From Vicugna vicugna (lineage: Eukaryota): DNA of 20,000 bases. Positions 10,716-19,531 of the stretch are shown here, one piece after another. The notes below the pieces were generated by a model. The model did not search any database, was not told the origin of the DNA, and was given only the letters and a program-made list of their open reading frames with translations. Position 1 is the first letter of the stretch; the number at the start of each line of letters is the position of its first letter. The position numbers and the translations under genes are program-made. Location of the stretch: positions 122,377 to 142,376 of the forward strand of contig MU061544.1 in assembly GCA_013265495.1 (NCBI GenBank), read 5' to 3'.

Positions 10716-12016
10716 TATTATTGATATTTTAAAAATAATATGTTTTACATTCCTTTCAGTTTTAATGCCTAATATGGTAAATATCAATAGGTTTAATCTA
10801 CATAAAACAGTAGTTTCGGGGGCTCCTTAATTTTCAAGAGTTTAAACGGTTTCCCTGAGACCAAAGAGGACTGATGATCTAAAGACATGACTATTTCTAT
10901 CTGTTCTTTACCTTGAAACTTTGACCTAACAAATGATATAAAAGTTCAAAAATTTTGACTTTCTTTTCAATAAAGCAAATATGTAATTCTACTATTTTCA
11001 GAATGTGCCTTGGAAGATCTGATCCAAAGCAAAGGCACATATGGCAGTAAGTTCAATTATCAGGAACACTTCTGGAGTCTGCAATGATGGGTAAAATACC
11101 GAGAGCTTAACACGAAGACCAAGAGAAGCACTTCTGTCCGAGAACAAATGTTACATGTTTATGTACTACCCTTAACTGTTTCTTACAGCGTATCACAGAT
11201 TTAACGTATACTGAGTATTTTTTAAAATCTTAACATTTTTTAAAGCATGTAATTTAAAAAAATCTAAGCTCAGAAATATTTTTCCTGCATGTGTTTCTCA
11301 CCGTAGGATTACAAAGGAGCGACCAAATGACAACTACAAAGCAACTTATCCAAATTATTTTGTAGGATACTCAAGCCAAACTTCCCATCTGGTGTTAAAA
11401 AATTGTGATATATTTCCCTTTCTTTTAAAAAGAATTCTTTGCGAGGGCTCAGAAGAAATCTAATTTTTCCCACCAGGCTCTGACGAGACATCTAAATCTT
11501 GTGCTGAAATTGCTCATTCAGGCTGGGACTACTGAGAAAGACCTGCCAATCAAGCTAAATTGTGTGGTGGCTTGTCAATCCTTGTCCACGAGCAATTAGA
11601 AGAAAATGACCTACAGCATTTCCATTTGTAGAGAGAATTTAAAGGCCTGTCTCAAAAGGTGAAAGGCTATTTCATTAAGCCATTGCTGACAGAGAAAGGA
11701 GACCCTCTTGATGGGAGTTCAACCCATAAATAACAGTCCTGGCAATAGACAGTAGTAACTGTGCCCTGCAACTAAAATGGAATTAGGGCAGACATACTAA
11801 AAATAAAGCAACAGGCCTACATTACAATAATCTGCTTTACATTGCTTTTGTGTTTTTTCTCTTAAAATAACATTTTGGTAGGCCTCCCAATTGTACAGAC
11901 TTCTTCCCATGAGTATGACTTTGGGTACTTAAGGGTTATGGTAAAATAAAACTAATTGTTTGATAAGTGACAATTTGTCTTCTTATATATACTTAATACC
12001 AAATATGATGCTTAGG

Positions 12017-12938
12017 TTTTTTTTGATTTTTTGTAAAATACACATAACACAAAAATGCTGTCTTAACCATTTTCAAGTATAGATTTTACTAGGACTAAGT
12101 AGAGTGACATAATTGAGCAACCATCTCTACTATCTCCAGAACTTTTAATTTCACAAACCCGAAACTCTGTACCCATGAACAAGTCCCTCTGACCCCCTAC
12201 TCCTGGCCTCTAGCAATCAATATCCTACTCTATTACAATGAGGGTTTTTTTTTTTCAGATTCCACATATAAATGAGATCACACAATATTTGTCTTTCATG
12301 TCTGACTTATTTCACTTAGAAAATGTCCAAGGTCCATCATGTTGTTGCCAATAGTAAAATTTCCTTTGACTTGAGAACATTCCAGTGTGTGTGTATGAAA
12401 CCTGTATTTTCTTTATCCATTCATCTAAGTGTCTCTGGACACTGAGGCTATTGCCACATCTTGGCTATTATGAATAATGTTTCAATGAACATGGCTGTGG
12501 GGGGTGGTGCAGATACCTCTTCAAGATAGTGACTTCATTTCCTTGAGATATATACCCAGAAGTGGGATTGTTGGCTCATATGGTAGTTCTATTTTTAATT
12601 TTTTGAGGAACCTCCATACTGCTTTCCATTATAATAATGGCTGCACCAGTTTACATTCTCACCAACAGTGTACGAGGGTTCCCTTTTATCCACATCCTTG
12701 CCAATATTCGTCATCTCTTCTTTTTTTGATAGTAGCCATCCTAATGGGTGTGATGTAGTATCTCACTGTGGTTTTGATTTGCATTTCCCTGGTGATTAGT
12801 GAGGTTAATTATCTTATTACCTGTTGGCCATTTGTATGTCTTCTTTGGGAAAATGTCTATTCAGATCCTTTGCCCATTTTGAAGGAGGTTATTTGGTTTG
12901 GTTTTTTTGTTTGTTTTTTTGTCTTTGCTATTGAGTTG
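12017..12938 (-). mobile_element. LINE-1 3' end (L1MA/L1MB-like), 5' truncated
   Basis: T-tract, then gtaaaatacacataac, tcttaaccattttcaagt, cagattccacatataaatgagatcac, cccagaagtgggattgttgg, tttgaggaacctccatactg and gttttgatttgcatttccctg, in antisense L1 order. Confidence 0.93.
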
Positions 12939-13221
12939 ACCTTAGTTTTTTCTACCTAGCGAGTATGACATAGTTGGAAGAATAGAATTCCAAGTTTCTG
13001 AAGACCTAGTTAATGTATCTCTGTCATATCTTGACTATCATTAGATTCTCTTTTTTTCTTTATAGAAGGAGAAAAAAAGAATTGAACTTACCACCTTAAA
13101 AGATGCCAAACATTTGATGTACGATCATTGAAACTCCATGCGCACACCATGGTATCTCTCTGAGAACTGGATGGGAATGTGGTGAGGAACAAATGTTCCA
13201 ATTACCTAATGTGTTATTGAT

Positions 13222-13372
13222 GGTAGCATAAAGAAAATATCAGAGGCTTTTAAGCAAAGATGACCTGGGTTCAAATCCAATCTCCTATATTTCTCCTTGC
13301 TTTATGACGATGTTACTAGAGCTTTGGGAACTTCAAAGTCTTCCCCTAACAAATAGGGATGATGTTTATTAT
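13222..13372 (+). mobile_element. MIR SINE fragment
   Basis: gacctgggttcaaatcc (B box) followed by a degenerate core ending aaatagggatgatg. Confidence 0.65.
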
Positions 13373-13379
13373 CTTCAAT

Positions 13380-13422
13380 CAGTGGCTCTCAACTGGGAGC
13401 AAGCCCACCCTCAAAGGGACAC
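13380..13422 (+). mobile_element. MER20-like hAT terminal fragment, truncated by L1
   Basis: cagtggctctcaactgggagcaagcccaccctcaaagggaca resembles the MER20 start CAGTGGTTCTCAACCGGGGGCGATTTTGCCCCCCAGGGGACA. Confidence 0.6.
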
Positions 13423-14172
13423 CGGACACTGTTGGTGGGAACATAGTTTGGTGTAGCCATTATGGAAAACAGTATGGAGATTCCTCAAGACTAAAAATAG
13501 ACTTATCATATGATCCAGCAATCCCACTCCTGGGATTGTGTATCTGGGTACATATCTAGAGGGAACTTTAATTCAGAAAGACACCTGCACCCCAATGTTC
13601 ATAGCAGCACTATTTACAATAGCCAAGACATGGTAACAACCTAAATGTCCACTGACAGATGACTGGATAAAGAAGTTGTGGTATATTTATACTATGGAAT
13701 ACTACTCAGCCATAAAAAAGAATAAAATAATGCCATTTGCAGCAACATGGATGGACCTGGAGAATGTCATTCTAAGTGAAAGAAGCCAGAAAGACAAAGA
13801 AACATATCATATGATATCACCTGTACGTGGAATCTAAAAAAAATACAAACTTATTTACAATACAGAAACTCTTAGACATAGAGAACAAACTTGTGGTTAT
13901 GGGTGGAGGAGGGAGGGGATAAACTGGGAATTAGAGATTCGCAGATACTGATAGATATATAGAATAAACAAGTGCATGCTGTATAGCAGAGAGAACTATA
14001 TTTGGTATCTTGTAGTAACTTACGGTGAAAAAGACTATGAAAACAAATATATGTATGTTCCTGTATGCCTGAAGCATTGTGCTGTACACCAGAAATTGGC
14101 ACACTGTAAACTGATATACTTTAATAAAAAAAAATATATATATATACAAAAAAATACAGTAAAAAGAAAAAA
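13423..14172 (+). mobile_element. Relatively young camelid-type L1 3' end (ORF2 C-terminus, 3'UTR, A/TA tail)
   Basis: TVGGNIVWCSHYGKQYG..LKIDLSYDPAIPLLG in ORF 13359..13559. cctgcaccccaatgttcatagcagcactatttacaatagccaagacatgg is near consensus. aataaa at about 14123 is followed by an A-rich tail. Confidence 0.95.
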
Positions 14173-14732
14173 ATATGATGGTTCAATTTTCAATTTTTTC
14201 AAGAACCTCCATACTGCTCTTGTAAGTCATCAATTTACATTTCCAGTGTATCGGGGTTCCCTTTTCTCTGCATCCTCACCAGTATCTGTCACCTCTTTTT
14301 TTTTTTATCATAACCATCCTAACAGGTGTGAAGTGCTATCTTGTCTTTGACTTACACTTCCCTGATGATTAGTGAGGTTGAGCATCTTTTCACATATCTG
14401 TTAGCCATCTGTATGTCTTCTTTGGAAAATGTCTATTCAGGTCTTTTCCCAATTTTTAATCAGGTTATTTGTTTGTTATTGAGTTCCTTATATACTGTTC
14501 ACATTAACCCTTTATTGGATATATGATTTGCAAGTATTTTCTCCTATTCCATAGGTTGCCTTTTCATTGTTTCCTTTTTGTGCAGAAGCTTTTTAGTTTG
14601 ATGTAGCCTTATTTATTTTTGCTTTTGTTGTTCGTGCTTTTAATGTCGGATCTAGAAGAATCATTGCCAAGACCAATGACCCCTACACTTTCTCCTAGGA
14701 GTTTAATGTTTTCTGGTCTTACATTCAAGTCT
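14173..14732 (-). mobile_element. Older L1 ORF2 fragment lacking its 3' end
   Basis: gaacctccatactg, gattagtgaggttgagcatcttttc, gtgcagaagctttttagtttgatgtag, cattgccaagaccaatg, ggtcttacattcaagtct. Confidence 0.9.
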
Positions 14733-14932
14733 GAATTCTACCCACCTGAATGAGAAGCCCAAGCCCCAGAAAGTAGCTAGCTACCTTGATCCCAACCTTG
14801 TGATATCCTAAGCAGAGAACTGGCCTCAATGTGCCTAGACTTCCATCTTACAGAACTGTGAGCTAATAAATGCGTTTCATTTTAAACCAAGTTTGCACCA
14901 ATTTGCTACACCAAATTGGAAAACAAATGTAC
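14733..14932 (+). mobile_element. MaLR LTR 3' part (MLT1E-like)
   Basis: gaattcta...cctgaatgag...accttgat...ccttgtgatatcctaagcagagaac...tacagaactgtgagctaataaatg...aatttgctaca...gaaaacaaatg matches the MLT1 3' end with its poly(A) signal. Confidence 0.85.
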
Positions 14933-15124
14933 CAGATGAGACATAAATATAAAGGTGCTTTTAAAAGATTTAAGTAGAAAAGTCACTGTGTCTTAAAAAA
15001 AATGAATTGCCTACAGCATAGCATATTCAGAAATACATTTGTTTTCCAAATTATAAACATATTTTTCCATGTACAAAAGTGTGAGGATGAGTATTTGGCA
15101 CAGTAACAGTTACATTATGTTAAT

Positions 15125-15324
15125 ATCTTTGAAGGGCGGTGCCTTCCATGCCTTCAAAGATTTCAGAGCCTTTTGAGGGAAGTCAGTCCCTAGTGCAGAG
15201 CGACCATTTATGTTCTGGAACAGTTTTGCCGAACGGCTTCCTGGGAATTCCAAAGTTGAGTCTTTCTTCCTTTAGGTTTAATTTTCCTTGGAGAGATTTG
15301 TAGTTACCAGTTAGGATCAAAGGG
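15125..15324. promoter_or_regulatory. Candidate TCF/LEF motif cluster (possible Wnt-responsive enhancer)
   Basis: Perfect 11-bp inverted repeat atctttgaagg (15125-15135) / ccttcaaagat (15151-15161), each arm carrying CTTTGAA. A third site gatcaaagg lies at 15315-15323. Motif evidence only. Confidence 0.3.
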
Positions 15325-16119
15325 TGAACTGCTTTGGTGCACCGTGGGCTGGAGGAGATTTATGGCAGGTGGACTCCGTCTCCTGAGGCACCAGGGTTAT
15401 TTCTAAGAGTAAGCTATTACTTTGTTATGAGCTGCATTTTCCAAATGCCAAGTGGATAGGACAGAATTCTAGTGGATTTAGTCCCTGGGGGTCTATCTCT
15501 TACGAAGTTTCAGTGCAAAGGGGAAGTTCTGCCTAAGGAAAGCATCATCACAAAAAACTTTAGACGGTGAAACACTCTTTACAAAGCTTTCAGAACTATT
15601 CGCACAGCTCATGAACTGTTTCTAAAAAGTGCACAGAACATAGACAAGTATTTGGTGAGGACATGGATTCATCTGGCTAAGCATTTTACTTCTCAAGCTT
15701 TGGCCAAAGAGGTTTATAGGGTAGTGATGATTTGTGCAGCTAATCTCCTGGTGCAGGAGAAATTCCATCTCAGTTTTGGGACTAGAACAGTAGTCACACA
15801 GGGACGTGGTATGAGTTTTCCTCAAAAGATAATAAAACTTAACTTCACTTTGTGAAGGGGCTGTGTGTGTCTACATGTAGGTAGAGAGAGATCTTAATTC
15901 ACACATTCATTTGTGTCCATACAGTTGTCCATGTTATTCCTGACTTAAATCAGTATGTTTAGGATATATTCATAACACAAAAAACCTCTCTCTTCCCTCT
16001 GCCCCCGCCTCCCATGTTCCATCCCTCCCCCACTCTTACCCCTCCCTTTCAGTCTGTAACACCATAGACATCATTCTCATTATATATATGCCATGAGGCA
16101 GCCATTATACTGTGAGACA

Positions 16120-16335
16120 CCACTTTGATTTTTACTATTTTCATCATTATTCCACTGCCAACAAATGTCGTATCACAAATCTTGTGTTTTGTTTTGTCTT
16201 TTTTTTGAAGTTTGTCTGCATCTACTTCTTCTGCCTTAGATTTGAGTCCATGGTGTGACCTGTGTTCATTCAGGGTGTTCAGTGCCCAGCCTTGTACCAT
16301 GCGCAGTTGGCTGCTTGGTAAGACATGTTATATGG
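16120..16335 (+). mobile_element. L2 3' end fragment
   Basis: tgtgttcattcagggtgttcagtgcccagccttgtaccatgcgcagttggctgcttggtaagacatgtt resembles the L2 3' terminus (gttcactgctgtatccccagtgcctagcacagtgcctggcacatagtaggtgctcaataaatatttgtt). Confidence 0.55.
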
Positions 16336-16387
16336 TGATGATAACACTAACTAGTGACCCAAGAAGAGAATTATAAAAATATATTAT

Positions 16388-16522
16388 TTGGCCTTAAATC
16401 CATCTCTGAAGCCTTCTGGCATTACAGCCTTTAGCAAATAAACACAATCTCAGTTTCCTAATCTATAACTTTTCTACCTTAGAGGCATTTTTGTGGAACT
16501 AATAATGTGTGAATCACTTTTA
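16388..16522 (+). mobile_element. MIR SINE fragment
   Basis: tctcagtttcctaatctataa...ctaccttagagg...ttgtgga...taatgtgtgaatcacttt follows the MIR core and 3' part. Confidence 0.7.
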
Positions 16523-16869
16523 GATCCTCAGATGAAAAGCCCTCTGTAAACGCTATGGATTGGTTAATTATACCATAGGGGACATTTGGGTTTATATTGT
16601 AAAGCATGCATATTTATAGCTCTTTTATTTTAATGCTGGTTATTTTAGCTGAAGAAGCTATTTTTACTACTGAGGATGCCTGGTATTTTCTTGTTAATAA
16701 CTTAGAAAGATATAAATAGTATACTGTAGCAGTTAAACCCAAAGGTCAAACATGCGTGATGCATAAAAGGGATACATATATTATCAATCCTTTTTAATCA
16801 CAAAGCATGTCATTAGTGTTTGCACCCTATTTAACCCATGCATGGAGAGATTTATTTTAGTACAGAGCC

Positions 16870-16980
16870 TCATGTGGGCCTATTTGTCTACAACATCCTG
16901 CTATGTAACTTTATCTTCAACCCCATTTTATACTTTGTGAAAAATATGGTTTCAATCAGTTTTTCCACCCAATCTGTATG
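16870..16980 (-). mobile_element. Possible MIR fragment
   Basis: tacaacatcctgctatgtaactttatcttcaaccccattttata resembles antisense MIR (cacaacaaccctatgaggtagg...atccccattttacag). Confidence 0.45.
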
Positions 16981-17009
16981 TAATACTATACCCATTACAT
17001 GGAAGCTGA

Positions 17010-17215
17010 GAAAGCACATAAAAGACTAAATATAGTTCTATTCCTACAGGACCTCAATCTACCACGGCAGTCAGAAGCTAAACACATTATTTCAATATGA
17101 CTAGTGCTGTAATAGTGCTTGAACACAATGCTCTAAACTCTTATAGAAGGAAGAAACTTTCTTCTTTTGGTGTCTAGGGAAATTTCAAAGGGGAAATGAT
17201 ATGTGGTGGACCATG
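17010..17215 (-). mobile_element. L2 fragment
   Basis: atagttctattcctacaggacctcaatcta...taaacacattatttcaatatgactagtgctgtaatag...tctagggaaatttcaaaggggaaatgatatgtg follows the antisense L2b/c 3' region pattern. Confidence 0.6.
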
Positions 17216-17240
17216 AACAAAATCACTCATGAGTCATTTA

Positions 17241-17624
17241 TGTCAAAAGGATCTAAAACGGACCCAGGAGGCCATCAAGGAAATGGAACTTAACACAGGT
17301 CGCCGTCACCCCCCTACCAGCAGCATAACATCAATTTTTGACCCAGCCAACCTGAAATCACCTGCAATGTGTTATCTTTACTCCCTAGGGACTGCAGTAT
17401 AAGCAACGACCCTGCTGCTGGCCAATGACTGAACGCTTGGCCACACTTGCTGTAGTTCTGCACAGATAACCTATATATCTGGAATGTCTTTCTTGACTTT
17501 ATAATCCCCCGCCATTTTCTATTTCTCTCAGTTGCTACTCGAATCAGCACCTCCTGAATTAAAATTTTTAAGGCTCCACATAAACTATTTCTTATTTGCA
17601 GTCTTCTGCATTTCTTGGTTGACA
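17241..17624 (+). mobile_element. Solo ERV LTR (384 bp, probably ERV1 class)
   Basis: Bounded by inverted termini tgtcaa (17241) and ttgaca (17619-17624), i.e. TG...CA. Internal order is CCAAT (ggccaatga, about 17420), TATA-like ctttataatc (about 17497), then poly(A)-like attaaa/cataaa (about 17558/17579). No clean TSD. Confidence 0.7.
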
Positions 17625-17864
17625 AAATATAATTTATCTAGATGTTTAAGGCAAAGAAGCATCACACAGAATTTCAAAAAAAATCTATCCAGAATTGTGT
17701 TTAAACAGAGAGGAAAGTCATCCACTTAGGTAGATCTGAGGGATTTCATACTATTATACCACCCCGTAGACATTTCCCTCTTTACATCTGACATGTGACT
17801 CTAGGGACTCACACGTACTACACTACTTGCTGCATTCATACACAGTAACGGTGATTCGCACACC

Positions 17865-18335
17865 ATGGGTTTCTTGTCTCCTTCCTCCTACTTGACAGCA
17901 AAGCGTGCCATCTGTGATGGAGACTGAAATGCCACATCTTCCTTGTCCCAGCCACCCTTGCTGCTAAGTATGTCCATGTAACTAAATTCTGCCCAAAGAC
18001 AGGTTTGTGTGGGAGGAGAGAAGGGTCTCCGAGAAGGATTCTCGTCCTGGATGAGAAGAGTCAGAGACAGGAGTGATGATAAAACAAAACAAAAACCTTA
18101 TCTACTTAGTATCGTGCAGATGCAATAGCTGTATGGCCTGAGTATCACCATGAGGGACCATTCCTGACGATGACAGCCAGTACTCTAAGTGTGGAGGAAA
18201 ACCACTTGGGGAAGAGCCTACTTAATGACATTTCTAAGCATCTCAACTTACCCTGGAGATCCTACTCACCAGCCTTTTGGGAAGATAAAAATTGTCCTTA
18301 ATTTCAAAACTACTCTAAAGGATACAATATTAATA
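17865..18335 (+). mobile_element. MaLR LTR (MLT1J/K-like)
   Basis: tcccagccacccttgctgctaagtatgtccatgtaactaaattctgcccaa, accatgaggga, ttaatgacatt, accctgga and aagataaaaattgtcctta correspond in order to old MLT1 motifs. Confidence 0.8.
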
Positions 18336-18500
18336 TCTATCTCTGTATGGCCATTTTACAAATGATTTTATGTTAATAAATGCTTTGATACAGCATATAT
18401 ACTTCAAAATATAGTGTCTTAAAAATGTTAACAAATAGCTAGTATTTTAAAACAACATTTTATTAGAAGATGTCTTTGTTGATTCTAAAGTAACGGATGT

Positions 18501-19174
18501 TTATTATTCTTAGTAAATTTGATTGGTTCACGTACTAATGGTGGCAACCAGAAAGGATCTGATTGCTAAAGACAACTCACAGGACCAAAATGGCACAGCT
18601 TACGAATCTAAAGTTTATTTAGAGAAAAGGAAATGATACAGAAGCAACGTCAAAGCCAGGCTATGTATCACAGCCCAAGACTGCCTGCCTCACAGTAGGA
18701 TCTGATGAGGCCAGGTTCAAGCACCAATTAGCCTCCCTCTGTAATGGCCATAGCAAGACACAACTTCTCTCAGAGACCATTCCTTCTCTCAGTCCTGAAT
18801 ACACCTTGAAACCTGGGAGCCCAAATTAAGTGAGTCTCAGCTTGGGTATCTTATACAATTCTGTTCACTTACACGTAGTCTTGTTATGTAACCAGCTCCA
18901 ATATCAGAGCCCTCTGGGAGGGCTCCAGGGGATGGAGGGTCCCCCGAGCCAGGTATAAACCATCAATCTCTATGTAATCAAGTAAATGATGCTGATGAGT
19001 TGGTATAAAATGCCCCAAATTTCCCCTTGAACCCATAGTTACAAAACAACACTATTAATCAGTCTGTTTCATGTTTTGACCATTGATCAGGGTTGGGCAG
19101 GTGAGTGCTTTACATCAGCAAGATAACTCATGCCAATTTTCAAGCCTGCTAGAATTAATGCTTATGGCATAGCA
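18501..19174 (-). mobile_element. ERVL-type solo LTR (MER21/MER68/MER77 group)
   Basis: gctaaagacaactcacaggac...ctaaagtttatttagagaaaagg (minus-strand aataaa), ataaaccat, and terminal caagcctgctagaattaatgcttatggcatagca resemble antisense MER21-group LTRs. Candidate 5-bp TSD gatgt at 18496-18500 and 19175-19179. Confidence 0.75.
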
Positions 19175-19330
19175 GATGTGACAAACACCTTTAAATAAAT
19201 TTTTAGTGCAACAGTATACCTATCTGTAAGCAACAGATTATCTTATCTTACATTTTTCTGAAAACCAAAATAATAGTTTGACAAGAAAAAATTTTAAATA
19301 TGAAGAATTGAATATAAGGTGTTTTACATA

Positions 19331-19359
19331 CACACACACACACACACACATATATATAT
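19331..19359. repeat. Compound microsatellite (CA)10(TA)4
   Basis: Read directly: cacacacacacacacacaca tatatatat. Confidence 0.95.
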
Positions 19360-19389
19360 TTTACTGCTACCCCTTTGCTTGGTATACTA

Positions 19390-19530
19390 TAACTGTCGTC
19401 AAATATTTTAGTCTCGGGACCTCTTTACACTCTTAAATATTATTAAAATGCCCAAGGAGTATTTTTCCTAAGTGTGGGTGGGAGGGGGGCATATTTATTA
19501 ATATTTACCCTACTAGAAATTAAAACAAAT
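19390..19530 (-). mobile_element. Second Charlie4-type hAT fragment, interrupted by a young L1
   Basis: tagtctcgggacctctttacactcttaaatattatt...atatttaccctactagaaattaaaac is the reverse-complement homolog of about 10757-10865 in this window. Confidence 0.85.
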
Positions 19531-19531
19531 T

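Larger units (their letters stand above)
9546..10876 (+). mobile_element. hAT-Charlie non-autonomous DNA transposon (Charlie4a-like), split into 9546-9769, about 10406-10527 and about 10716-10876
   Basis: Left end ...tctcaaagtgtggtccagggacccctgg. Internal aaaactattttcat, cactctcattctct, aagagatttgcagaagtataaaacaatgcca. Right end tcagttttaatgcctaatatggtaaatatc...cctgagaccaaa. Flanked by an 8-bp TSD gtctaaag (9538-9545) / atctaaag (10877-10884) fitting the Charlie NTCTARAN target. Confidence 0.88.

Noticed and set aside
12575..14490. Local duplication (about 12575-12938 vs 14173-14490, also similar to 4640-4810 and 8640-8698)
   Set aside because: These are homologous parts of independent L1 copies with different indels and unrelated flanks.
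15985..16050. C-rich tract with G-quadruplex potential on the minus strand
   Set aside because: Low-complexity pyrimidine run next to an L2 remnant. Common, with no evidence of function.
2522..17729. The 60-124 aa ORFs in the supplied track as host genes
   Set aside because: They are short, compositionally biased and often non-ATG. Those with recognisable peptides (8250..8501, 8483..8728, 13359..13559) are L1 ORF2 remnants. Most others lie in repeats, and none resembles a protein I know.
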